The position numbers were made by a program, and so were the translations under genes. A stretch of 64,000 nt of DNA, taken from assembly GCF_018350175.1 (NCBI RefSeq), contig NC_058373.1, positions 107,014,001-107,078,000 of the forward strand. The letters run 5' to 3'. The stretch comes from Felis catus (Eukaryota). Position 1 is the stretch's first letter, and every line of letters starts with the position of its first letter. The notes under the pieces are model-generated. The model did not search any database and was not told the DNA's origin. It saw only the letters and a program-made list of their open reading frames with translations. This document shows positions 37,980 to 50,700 of this stretch, piece after piece.

Positions 37980-40200
37980 AATAGACCTTTCAAGTACCTT
38001 CCCAGAGCTACCTGCACAGCCCCACATTATGTTATGAGATGATAGCCTGAGACCCAGCCTTTTTCTTCTTCCTCATATCACTAAAGTGGGCTCATTATAT
38101 TGAAAATACAATGTTAACATGTATTAAAGCCTTGCTTCTGCTGTAGGATACTCTTCAGACTTTGCTGGAACATCTGTGAGGAAGAGGATGGGCAGTGAAC
38201 GCACAGAAAATTCCAGGACCAGACACTGCTGTAAAGTTTCTGTGAGTTGTTTGGTCAGGTAAGATGCATGTTATCCCAGAAGCTGTGATTGATGAGGTGC
38301 AAACCTATCCAACCCCTAAGAATATGAAAGAGGTGCAAGCTTTTATAGGGATTTTGGGGTTTGAAGGACTTTTATTCCCCACTTGGTACAGAATCTCTGT
38401 GTCTTATACCATCTGGTGAAAAAAGGGAACATGTAGGACTGGGTATCAGAACAACAAGCCAGCTTTAAAAAGGCAAAAATACTAGTGAAGCAGATTAAAG
38501 TTCTGGGAACCTCCCACACAGACGTACCATTTGAGTGAGATGTGTCTATGACTCCAGAAGGTATAGGTTGGACACTGTGGCAGAGAAAATAGAAGAGAAT
38601 ACCTTTAGGATTTTGGTCCCAGCTCTGGAAGTGGGCAGAAACCCAATATACCCCCCAAAGAACAATAGCTCCTGGCAGTATACACAGTACTCCTCCTGGT
38701 AGAGTCTCTCACAAAGGAACAGCATAACATAGTAAGAACTTCCCTTCCTATCAAGCAGTGGATGGAGAATATGGTCAACTGACCCACCTCTGCCATACCT
38801 CAAACTCCTACTGTGACTAAGTGGCATGCCTATTTGCTGCAGAAGAGTACCCTGTTTTCCAGCACACTGTCTATAAATGCAGGTGTTCCCAACTCCTGTA
38901 AAGTATGTAGCTCTGCCAAATGCTCCTGCTCCTATTTTTGTGATGACACCTGCAACCTGTAGAGAGAGTAAGGGAAATTCCCACTGGTATATAGATGCCT
39001 GGAAAAAGGAACCAACCAAACCAGCCAATGGGCTGAACTCAGAGAAGTATGATGTTCAATATGTGATGTTCGCTGGGCTACAGTCAGAGTCATAAGCTTG
39101 ACTTGTAAATCCTGGCCATTAACCCTCTGTAATGATAGCTAGAAATTAACCCTATGGTTTGGACAATGGCAAGCTGAGGGGTAGATGATCCTTAATAAGT
39201 CTTTGTGAGATGAAGATATGTAGAAAGATATTTGGGTTCACCTGCAAGAGCCTGAGGCAGTCCTCACTGTCTTCCATGTTCCAGCTCATAAAGTACTGAC
39301 ACCTGCTGGCAATCAGGAATCAGGCTTGGGTATGGGCCCTAGCAACTGACCCTTCAGTAGTTATGCAGACTTGGTGCATAGAGTGGCCACCATAGCACCC
39401 AGCTGGGAGGGCATATTGATAAGGATGCTGGATTGCCCTTGAAATACAGTGACTTGATTAATGCTGTAACAACATGTCCTGTATGTTCTGAATGCCTGAA
39501 GCAATTGCCAAAGTTGTATGGGGCCATCCACCAGAACTCTCAACCTATGAGGAATTGGCAGATTGATTATATTGACCCCATCCCTCAGAATGAGAGTTCT
39601 AAATATGCCTTGGTTTAAATTTTTTTTAACATTTATTTATTTTTGAGACAGAGAGAGACAGAGCATGAATGGGGGAGGGTCAGAGAGGGAGACACAGAAT
39701 CTGAAACAGGCTCCAGGCTCTGAGCGGTCAGCACAGAGCCCGATGTGGGGCTTGAACTCATGGACCACGAGATCATGACCTGAGCTGAAGTCGGACGCTT
39801 AACCGACTGAGCCACCCAGGCGCCCCTAAATATGCCTTGGTTTATATTGTTACTGTATCTGGCCTAACCCAAGCTATCCCCTATTGCTGCACGAACCAGG
39901 CTGCATTACAGCATTAGAGAAGCCAAGTACCATGTAGAGATATCCTTATTGAATAGACAGTGATTGGGGGTCACATTTGGTAAGTCATAAAATGCAAAAC
40001 TGAGCAAAGAACATCACACTGAATGGAGGTTCCATCTCCCCTACAATCCACAAGCAGCAGAATTTATAGAAAGGAGAAATACAATATTAAAGCAGCAGAT
40101 TAAATTACTAGCAGGTAAAATCACGTGGGCCAGATGGACTAAAGTACTGTCCCAGGCTTTAATACTTTTGAATAATCAACCAGTAGGGCCTATTGACCCA
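37980..40200 (+). pseudogene. ERV pol remnant (RT, RNase H, integrase) with stops and frameshifts
   Basis: HYIENTML (degenerate HYIDDIML) at ~38093, GWAVNAQKIPGPDTAVKFL, integrase WQIDYIDPIP and WRFHLPYNPQAAEFIERRN. Confidence 0.85.
39617..39826 (-). mobile_element. Felid SINEC disrupting the ERV integrase
   Basis: TSD taaatatgccttggttta. Confidence 0.94.
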
Positions 40201-40466
40201 TATGCCAGACTGGGGACCCCTGCTGAGACACTCAATACCATAAATGGGAGTTGTGGCAAATAGCCATTGCCCCCACTCTCACTGTGGATCAACATGCTAT
40301 GCTACTAAGAACACCAAAGCCCTATCACACCTGGAAAGGCATCATCTACTGGAACTTACAATGGGATGTCCCACCAGAATGGTCAGATAGCCACCAAATG
40401 AGCCATCTCTATGCTAGTGAAATCCCTTATTGACTGCTCAGGGCATAATGTGGAAGAGGGATGAAG

Positions 40467-41096
40467 TATTAGAGAAGGCCATTAAGAGGACATGCCTGCT
40501 CATTGACCTGAGAGCTGGACCCAGTCAACTGGAGCCTCCTCACCCCATTCCCTGTCCTTGGAATGTAAGTTCTGTCTACCATTTCCACAGTGGGAGCCAT
40601 TTTCAAGGACATAGTCTTGAGAGGTTAAGATATGGTTGAGACCCTCTGGACTGAATACATGATTAAACTTGATTAAGATATCTATATAAACTTCTTTTTT
40701 TTTAATTTTTAAAGAAGTTTTTATTTATTTTTGAGAGAGAGAGAGAGACAGAGACAGAGTTGGGTAGGGTCAGAGAGAGAGGGAGACACTGAATCCGAAG
40801 AAAGCTCCAGACTCCCAGCTGTAAGCACAGAGCTCAATGTAGGGCTCGAACTTGTGAACCACAAGATCATGACCTGAGCTGAAGTCGGACACTCAACCGA
40901 CTGAGCCACCCAGGCGCCCCAAGATCTCTAAGTTGTAGTGAACAGGGACAGAGATCTACTGGTCTTGTGGCTGCCCAAGGCAACCCTTGTAAGTTCCCTT
41001 GCTTATTAAATCTGCCACCTACCAATCTGGAGTAGTTTGCCTCTTTCATTGGTCTCTTCCTGCCTTCTATGCATGGGGCCAGTTTGCAAATAAACA
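40467..41096 (+). repeat. 3' LTR of the ERV (interrupted by a SINE at 40695-40920)
   Basis: Follows the purine tract, homologous to the 5' LTR, ends ...AAACA before the TSD. Confidence 0.85.
40695..40920 (-). mobile_element. Felid SINEC in the 3' LTR
   Basis: Full reverse body. Confidence 0.92.
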
Positions 41097-41796
41097 CAAT
41101 TCCACAAAAACTCTCATTGGACTCTCTAGGGGTATGAAAAAGATGAAAATGACCTTCCATCTGGAAGAAAATATTCATTGAACAGCCAAAGAATTTTCTT
41201 TAAAAAATGCTGAAGAATAATTTGTCTTTTCAAATATTAAAAAAACTTAAAAATGTCTTAATGTAGGCAGAATAGAAGAATATACAAATTATTTCTATAA
41301 CTTGAAAGGGAGGCTATACTAAGCATGGCATCCAAAATTGAACCAGATTTAATATATCTATGTAAAAATTATAAACTTACAAGGAGAACAACACCATAAA
41401 GCTAAAAGGCAAGTGAAAAAGTAAGAAAAATATTTGCAACATACAATAAGTAAAAACAGATCTTTAATATTTGGAGAAATATTACAAATGAATAAAGGTT
41501 TAAAATATCCCAATCAACAAATATAATTGAGAAGTTTTCAAAGGAAAAATACAAATATAATCTTATTAATAACCAAAGAAATGCCTATGTTTAAAAATGA
41601 GAAACTATTTTTTCACCTATCAAGCTGACAAAGATTTTAAAGAATAATAATAGCCAGGGCATAGGGGGAGAATGCCCTGAGTAGAAGTAAATGAGTAGAA
41701 GTAAAAATCCTTTAGGATGACAATTTGGCAATATGTATCAATTTTCCAAATGTGTAAACCCTTTAACCTGTTCATTTCACTTCTAGAATTTGAAGG

Positions 41797-42735
41797 AAAA
41801 CAACCTACTGAATGGAAGAAGACATTTGAAAATGACATATCAGATAAAGGGTTTGTATCAAAATATATACAACTGATACAACTCAATACTCAAAAGACAA
41901 ATAATCCAATTAAAAAATGGGCAGAAGACATGAACAGACATTTCTCCAAAGGAGACATACAGATGGCTAACAGACACATGAAAAGATGCTCAACATCACT
42001 GATCATCAAGGAAATGCAAATCAAAACTGCAATGAGATATCATCTCACACCTGTCAGAATAGCTAAAATCAAAAACACAAGAAACAGCCAGTGTTGGCAA
42101 GGATGTGGAGAAAGGGGAACCCTCTTATACTGGTGGTGGGAATGCAAATTGGTGTACCATTGTGGAAAACTATATGGAGGTTCCTCAAAAAATTAAAAAT
42201 AGAACTACCCTACAATTCAGGATCACACTAGTGGGTATTTACCCAAAAAATACAAAAACACTAATTCAAAGGGGTGCATGCACCACTATATTTATTGCAG
42301 CATTATTTACAACAGCCAAACTATGGAAGCAGCCCAAGTGTCCATTGATAGATGAATGGATAAAGATGTGGTATGTATATACAACGGAATATTATTCAGC
42401 CATAAAAAAGAATTAAATCTTTTCAATTATTTGGATGGAGCTAATTTTTAATTATTTATTTAATCAATCAATTAATTAATTAATCCATTAATTTATTATT
42501 AAGTCAGAGAAAGACAAATACCACTGACATATGACATTTAAGAAACAAAACCAATGAGCAAAGAAAAGACAGAGACAAATCAAGAAACAAACTCTTAACT
42601 ATAGAGAAAAAACTAGTAGTTACTAGAAGAGAGGCATGGGGGATGGGGATTAAAGAGTACATTTATCATGATGAAAAAATTAAAATGATTTTTAAAATTT
42701 TTAAAAAGAACTGCTTTTGCTGCAGGGAAAAAAAA
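41797..42735 (+). mobile_element. Carnivore L1 3' portion inserted in an older L1
   Basis: [18 protein letters not shown]...; TSD agaatttgaagg at 41785-41796 and 42736-42747. Confidence 0.9.
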
Positions 42736-44083
42736 AGAATTTGAAGGTAAAAAATTGGACAATGCATAAAGATGCTCATTGCCTCATTGTTTATAATTGT
42801 GAGAAACTGGAACCAATCTAAACAAACATCAGTAGGGACTGGTTCAGTAAGTTATGGTATGTATGTTGTGGAATTCAGTGCAGCCATTCAAAGGGATAAC
42901 ATGTATTTATTATCAGGAAAAATATTCACAAAATATTATCATAAAAAAAGAAGGTTAAAAAATAGTGTGGATAATGTGACATTTCTGTCAGAAGAAAAAA
43001 ATGTGTATCTCTGTATGTAGAAAAAAAGGTCCATAAAAGTATGCACTTAGCATGAATAGTGATTATCTCTGGAATAATAACATTATAAAAAAACTTCTGC
43101 TTTTGACTCCATATAACCTTAGTATATGGATATTTATTGCAATAAGTATGTATTGCTTTTATAAGAAGAAAAACAAAAAAGCTATTTCTGGGGAAAAAAA
43201 AAAAACAACAAGCACTCCAGATAAGGAAAATACATGAGAAAAGAATCTAAATGTCAATAAATGAACAAAGCAGAGAGAAGAATGGAGAGAAAGGTTTGTG
43301 TCTGTGTGTTCTTAATAAGAATAGACTGTCTAGAACTGTGTGCCTGTAAATATTCTTAACACAGAGGGGCACACTTCAAGGGAAACTCTAGGTACTGTAC
43401 CATTTCAGAAAACTTTGGGATTGGGGTAATAGAGGAGGAGGAAAGTGGGGAAGTGGAAATACTTTAAAAGTCTGATCCTATTAGGATGGGAAGAAGAATG
43501 GGAAAATTAATGTTATGGTAGGAAAAACAGAGCATCTTTATGGGGGAAATATTAAGTGTCCTGTTTATAAACAGTAGTAGAGTCATATGTAACAATTAAA
43601 GAGAGCAGGGAAAAGATAGATAGCCATTGATGAACTAAAAATGACTACAGAACTTCCAAATCATTATTTCAACTAATTGAAGTAAAGAAAAATACAAATA
43701 AATTGCAAATTTCTTCTCATATCTGTGAATTGTACATCAGCATAATACCATGACATGTTTTCATTTTACACTAAACACCTGCAGAGAGGGATGGAACCTT
43801 ACCTTTTATCTTACCCCAGAAGATAAATCTACTACTTTAATTGTTTAATTCAGTTAATGTCCCAAGGGAAGGTTTAAAAGAAAGCTTAATATGAAAATGA
43901 AGAAATTAATGAACATTGTCTTTTGTTTGGGATCATGCCAATCTTGACTTTGAATAATGATGAGGTGAAAAGTATATAATTTGTTATTTTCCTACTTGTA
44001 CAGATTGACTACTTTTAATTTTCTGTTCTCTTAATTTACTTCCAAGAAACATTTAAGACTAGTACATTTGTCATATAAGTGGG

Positions 44084-45273
44084 TGTGGTAGGCTGAGGGG
44101 AAAAAAACCCAAAGATATATTCACTTCCTAACCCCTAGAATCTGTGACTATCACCTTATATGGCAAAAGATATGAGGAAGTTAGGGATCTTGAAGAGTTT
44201 ATCCTGGATTAAACTTTAGGTAGGCCCTAAAGGCAATCACATGCATTTATAAAATACAAGTAGAAAGAGTTTTCACAGAGACTGAGAGCAAGAGCAAGAG
44301 AGGAGAGGAGGATGTAGTGTTATTTACAACAGCCAAATTATGGAAGCAGCCCGTGTCCATTGATAGATGAATGGATAAAGAACATGTGGTATATGTATAC
44401 AATGGAATATTATTCGGCCATAAAAAAGAATGAAATTTTGCCATTTGCAACAACATGAATGGAGCTAGAGAGTATTATAACTGAGATAAGTCAGTCAGAG
44501 AAAGACAAATACCATATGATTTCACTCATATGTGGAATTTAAGAAACAAATAAAGAAGAAAAGACAAACCAAAAAACACACTCTTAGCTATAGAGAACAA
44601 ACTAACGGTTGCCAGAGGGGAGGTAGGTAGGGGGAAGGGTGAAATAGGTAAAGGGGAATAAGAGTGCATTTATCATTGGGGTACCTGGGTGGCTCAGTCA
44701 GTTAAGTGACCGACCTTGACTCAGGTCATGATCTTACAGTTGGTGAATTTGAGCCCCTCGTCAGGCTCTGTGCTGACAACTGAGAGCCTGGAGCCTACTT
44801 CTGATTCTATGTCTCCCTCTCTCTCTGCCCCTCCCCTGTTCACACTCTGTCTCTTTTTCAAAAATAAGTATTTTTTAAAAATTAAAAAGAAAGAGTACAT
44901 TTATCAGGATGAGCACTGAGTAACGTATAGAATTGTCTTATCACTATATTATACACTTGAAACTAATATAACTGTATGTTACCTACACTGGATTTTTTTT
45001 AAGTTGGGGGGGGAGAAAAGGAATGGAGAGAAGAGAGGATGTGGTGTGAAGAAGGAGGCAAAGATTGGTGAAATGCAGCTACAAAGAGAGAAGTGCCAGC
45101 AAGCTATCAGAAGATGGAAGAGACAAGAAACTCATTCTTCCCTAGAGCCTCTGGAAGTAGCATTGCACCTTCACTCAGACTTGTGGCCTCCAGAACTGTG
45201 AGAGAATACATTTCTGTTGTTTAAAGCCACCAAGTTTGTGGCTTTTTGTTACAGCAGTACTGAAAACCAATAC
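44084..45273 (+). mobile_element. MLT1 (MaLR) LTR interrupted by an L1 3' end (~44320-45005) and a SINE (44678-44890)
   Basis: tgtggtaggctga...caccttatatggcaaaaga; ggcctccagaactgtgagagaatacatttctgttgtttaaagccac...aataca. Confidence 0.8.
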
Positions 45274-47079
45274 AGTAAGCATTTGGGGAATTTCATGTAA
45301 ACTATTTACTGACTTCTTTAGACTAACTTATTGGGACAACAGTAATCCACAGAACAGGAAGGACTACTTCAAAATAATGTATTGCTTGGAAAGTTTCAAG
45401 AAACCTAAGCAGAATACCAAGGGATTATGAGACCAAGGACAAGATGGAAAGTGAGCCATCACTAAATATAGAGGGTCGAGCTAGAAGATTATGTGGATGG
45501 TTTTCCACAAGAGGGGAACTAATACTTGTTGTGAATTTACTATAAGCCAGGCACTATGCAAGGAATAGTCATGCATAATCCAATAAGGAAAGTGGGGCCT
45601 AAAATCATGGGGTTAGTCCAATGCTATAAACTTAAATTATTTAGAGTCCTTGCTGTTTCTACTATTTTATCTGCTTCCACAAATTTTAGCTTGAGAAGCA
45701 TCGCTTCCCTGAAACATCATTATAGTCACAGTATCTCCCCTTCTCTGAGAACCACTCCCATTCCCATTCTACTTTCAGGAGTGAGCACTTTGTCTCTCAC
45801 AACTTTAACAAGGCTTAGTTTAGTGAGCAGGTATTTGGCAATGGAGAATGGGAAGCAGAAGGAAGGAGTCATAGAGTCAGAACAGTCGGAAAAAAAGAGA
45901 AAATAAATACAAATTATTACGATAAAGAACTACAATCATTGGAAAATATGAACTTTCAGAGTCCACGAAAAGGACAGACAAGGAGAAAAAGTAGGTAATA
46001 AGCACAAAGGAGATGACAGGAGGTAGGAAGAAAATTTACCTAAATGAAGGGTAAAAATTAAATACTAATATTCCAAAAAGTCAGTTCAGCCTCGATTTTA
46101 ATAGCTGTAATGACAAATTATCTTACACTAATTTCACCAAAACCCAGGAATAATAGAGAAAGTAATAACAGAATACAAAACAGAAAGAGAGGAGAATTAA
46201 AATTCCATAGTTTATGAAATATCTGAAAAAAAAAAAAGAAAAGAAAACCTGCTGTTAGAGGAAACATGCACACATTTCTCTGTCCCTAGATTTTTTTCTA
46301 AATCTATTCCCACTGTCTGTCTATGTAATTTCCTACCAGAGCTTTGCAGCTGGTCCCCACTGGGGCTTAAGCAGACTCCTCTCTGTGTTTCCATTTAAAA
46401 ATCTTTATTTCAATAGGTGGGCCTAGAGCATCTGCACTTCCAAAATTACCACACAACTGATCCAAAATGATTGAAACAAAATTGGTTTCAAAAATTGCCC
46501 TTAGGCTGAAAAGAAGATGAAGGCTAACGTTTCAGACCTAAAGAAACATTTATCACAATTCTGTGGTCTGTAATAGACTTCTGTGATTGTAATAGAAATG
46601 TTGACAGCTTGTTAATTATAGAAATGCTAGTGAGCATCACTGTTATTCTTTTGAAAAACCTGACAAAAGAGTTCAGATTTTTTTTTTTTTACTTAAACCA
46701 AGCCTTATAGCACCTCAACTCAAATCTCTCCTCCCCAAGAGGCTGGATTTAGTCCCATTTTCCTGTAGTATACAGCGTGATGACTCAGAGAAAGGTCTTC
46801 AGTTAACCCTGACGCCAACATTCCCACCCCCTCAAAGAAGTCCTCGAGTCACATTTGAGATTCAGGGCCTTTTTAGAGCCTGCAAGGGTATAACACTTGA
46901 CAAGACCCAGAATGGTTTAAATCTCTCTGAGATCCATGAACTAGAGTGCACCAACCTCTGAAAAGTCACAGCAACAGGAAGTAGCATAAGACTTTACAGA
47001 GAGCAGTTCAGATCCTCTGTGCTCAAACTCATCTGGAATTATACCATCTTCCATGGGTAAGGAAAGCAAGGTATATAAT

Positions 47080-47195
47080 GGACAGAGGTTTGAATCTGTG
47101 TTTTAGACCTACCTCTGCCACTAATAGCTCTGTAATATGGGCAACCGTTTAACCTCTTTGATCTTCATAGTTTATTCATTTGTAAAATAGAGAAG
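47080..47195 (+). mobile_element. MIR fragment
   Basis: cctctgccactaatagctctgt...gggcaa...ttaacctct...catttgtaaaata core. Confidence 0.6.
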
Positions 47196-47523
47196 GGTTG
47201 AGCAGTAACTTTTCAACAATTGTTGTCTGTCCCATCAATTAAACAATATAAATTCCAACATGATAGAAGGAAAACTCCACCTTTCCCAGAGACATTTCTA
47301 AGTGTAGAAGTATTCAGTCACCATAAGTATTATTTACAGTAAATTTTAAGAAGAAATAAAATTACAGTAGGCTCTTAGGAACAGATTTCAATGGTGTGGA
47401 CTAGGCCTAAGGTAAAATTAAAAGGGCACTGATGCCTTTGAAAGTGCTCCAACTCCAGAATAAACAGAATTTTAGCAGGCTTTATATGTCTGTGCCTTGT
47501 TGATTATTTTGAGGCCCTTTGAA

Positions 47524-47715
47524 GCAGGGTTTCCCAACAGTGGCACTATTGACGTTTTGTTGTGGGGGAATGTTCTGTTCATCGTAAGATGTTTAGTAGG
47601 TCTCTGGCCTCCACTGGCATTAGATGCCAGTTGTGACAACCAAAAATATCTTCAGGCATTGCTAAATGTCCCCTGAAAGGGGGAGTAATATTGCTCTTTG
47701 TTGAGATTTGCTGTT
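47524..47715 (+). mobile_element. MER20-like hAT DNA transposon
   Basis: ggcactattgacgtttt...gatgtttag...tagatgccag...gtgacaaccaaaaat...aaatgtcccctg. Confidence 0.8.
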
Positions 47716-50700
47716 TTGAAAGGTAAGATGCCATGTAAATGTATTTTTACAACACAATATTTTTATGTATGTATATATGTATTTTAAAACTATTTTCTGC
47801 TAACCAACTGGATTACTAGGAGAATTTGGTTTTTATTAGAGGCTAATACCTCTATTTGATTTTACAGTATTAGAAGGAAATGATTATTTACTCATATAAT
47901 ACATGTAATCAATACATGTATGTGCCACACATACAATTTACATGAATAATGTTTGGCTCATCCCAAAGGGCATAAACAAACTTGCATTCTTTCACTTCAT
48001 TAAATTTTAAAGTTTCTATGTATGTTTTAGATCTGGGATTTGAAAATGGACAAAAATAATTTGCTGGTGGAAAAAAATAAAGTTCCAGTAGAGAAGTGTG
48101 AATTAATCGTTCTTTCACTCATTCAACTAATTTTCATTACTAATAAAGTGTTTATTAGTGACATGCGGGTTACATTTTAAAGCATTAATCCTTCATACAA
48201 GAGCCCATTGATATATAGTCTTAAGCAAGCTATGCTGTGGTATAGTTAGTCCCATGCAGATTTAGACTTATGCCACAGAAGCAGAAGAAAGAGAAAAGTG
48301 AATTTAAGAGCATAGTTTAAACAAGAAATAGGCCTTGAAATATACCCTTTGGTTTAAATACAAATGCCTAGGATTAACCACAAACTAGAAGTCGAAACAG
48401 AGTTGTATAGTCAGCCTAACATTTTTTAAAAAACACATTACTGCTAATTAATAACCACTTTCAAATGGTACATTTTCCCACATTTAAACTTATACAAATT
48501 CCCTCCACTTGACAACATATGCAATTTTACGTCATTTAAAAAATAATTGGTGAATAATTTTGCAAATAACAACAAATATACTTCAATCTCTTAAATTATT
48601 GAATTGTAATAATTTTTGCCAGTCAATCTCACAGTGCCAGGAAATCTACAAAATAGTTCTTAAATGGTGTTTGTTCTCAAGAATACACAATAAAGAGGCA
48701 TCTCTGTTCTTTGTTACAAGGTGCATACTGGCAGGGGAAGAATGCATGAAATAGCACAATCTACCTTGGGATCTTATTAGGACAGTAAGCACTTTAAAAG
48801 TAGGATATTGAATTAATTCTAAAATCTAAAGATTTAGACAACCAAATACAGAAACAAACATTTCTATATTATGCATATGGTATCATCTGAAAATCACAAT
48901 ACTAAATATATGAATAAATGTTTGAAAGTGAATTTAATACTGTAAATTCAAAGACAGTAAAATGCTTTTTTAAACTTTCTAGATCTTAAAAATAAACCAT
49001 GGATACATTTCCCAGATCCTTTTTTATGTTATTCTCACCCACCAGCAACACACAGCTTTGAGGCCAAGGAAAGGGAAACCAAGATCTCTCCCCCAAAAGT
49101 CAAAATGAACTTACACAAAAGGCTAGGACCTCATTGTCTTTCAGTCTATGACTCTCACATGCAGCACAAATGTCTTTATCAAGGAATTCAGATGCCTCAA
49201 TGACTACATTCTTCAAATCCCTGACTATGTGAAATTATGTAGGAAAGAAAACGAAAATATACCACTTATTTTACATGTGTTTGATTTAGGAAAAAGTCAA
49301 AGACAAAACAGGACAACAGACAAAACAAGAGATAAGACTGTATTGACCTCTAAGCAGCGCTCTCAGCTGGCAAACCATTCAGCAAGGTGTAACGGGGGCT
49401 CCACGTGTGTCTCTACTCTAGAGGAAAATCAGAAAGAGCAAAACGAGGGGTGAGATCGATGAGCACAAGAAATCCCAGACGGAACTCTGAAGATCTCTGG
49501 TATGAACCTCACAACCTCCGGGGGTGGTGCGGGGTGAGTACTTTGCTCTGCTGCTGCCGCACTGAATAATTAAACACAGAATCTGCCCAGGGGCATTGTC
49601 TTCTACAAGCTTTTTTCTCCATATTTTTCCCTTGTGAAGTAAAACTGAGTCTTCAGAAAGCGGAATAGAATCTTTGGATTCCCAGCGAGAACCTAGCATC
49701 TGCCCAAGGCCTCCCAAATCTACTAGATGCAAACCAACCACAGAAAGTTGCAAATCTGCCCAGATAGGCCCGACGCCAGGGGCGGCCGCTGAGCTTTCTA
49801 GGTTTCCTGGTCAAACGCAAAAGAAAAATAAAGTTGGGGGTGGCAAGCAGGCGGTTGCCCGGATGGTTGGTGCAAAGTTTCAAAACTGGTAAAAATCTAT
49901 CTTTCCGTAAAATTAAGCAGTCAACCCTAAGGTACAACTTTCACCTGGCGCTTTAAGGTGGGGGGGGGGGGGGTGGTCACTGCCTTGTCCACAACGGGAT
50001 TATTTTTAAGGAACCCGGCGGAGCTTTTTTCATTATCAGGGATTGGGATGTGTGGGGGAGTATGTATTTCTTCTGTTTGTGATGAATGAATACGTGATCC
50101 CAACTTTCCCAGAGGTAGTTTATTCGTTTGAGGTAATAAAATTAAACCAAATCCCCTGGGATGGCGAAGGTAGGCTCTTCTGACTGTAGACCCCGGCCTC
50201 TAGACACTTCTCATACCCCGAACGCCTAGCGTCCAGACACGGAGTCTTGGAGGAACTGGGACTTTGCAACCCCTGGCCAGCGCCCTTTTTCCTCCGTTCC
50301 AGTGCAGCCAACCTAAGATTTTGGTCCCGGTTGCCCGAGAGCCCCAAACGCACGGAAGCCAACGCGCCCTCTCCCCCAATATTTGCAGAACCGTTGTCCA
50401 AGAAACGGGATATTCCCATTTCCTGGAGAGGGAGGGTAGACTTGGAAAATTAACACAACTTGCTCAAGAAAACTAAGGATAAGAAGCCAGTTTCCCCCCC
50501 GAATTCGCAGTTTTCAAACTGTTCAGCAAAAGGGCGGGGGAGGCGAGGTCCCCTGGGGGTACCGGCAACTTCTCACCTCCAGCGGCTAAGTGCAGGTGTT
50601 GGGGTCCTCTCTGGGTTCGGGGCTGTAGGGTGTCCCAGACTTTCGGCTTCTTCCGCGTGGAAGGTGAGCGTGAAGCCATTCTGCTAAGGGGAGCCGGCAG

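Larger units (their letters stand above)
32718..41096 (+). mobile_element. Degenerate endogenous retrovirus (class III / ERV-L-like provirus) with nested L1/SINE insertions
   Basis: Two related LTRs, 5-bp TSD CAATT (32713-32717, 41097-41101), PBS at 33082, purine tract 40452-40466, and RT and integrase remnants. Inserted into an older L1. Confidence 0.88.

Noticed and set aside
7798..44890. tRNA-like A/B-box sequences and recurring 'MAQSVKRPTSAQV' ORFs
   Set aside because: tRNA-derived Can-SINE heads, not tRNA genes or proteins.
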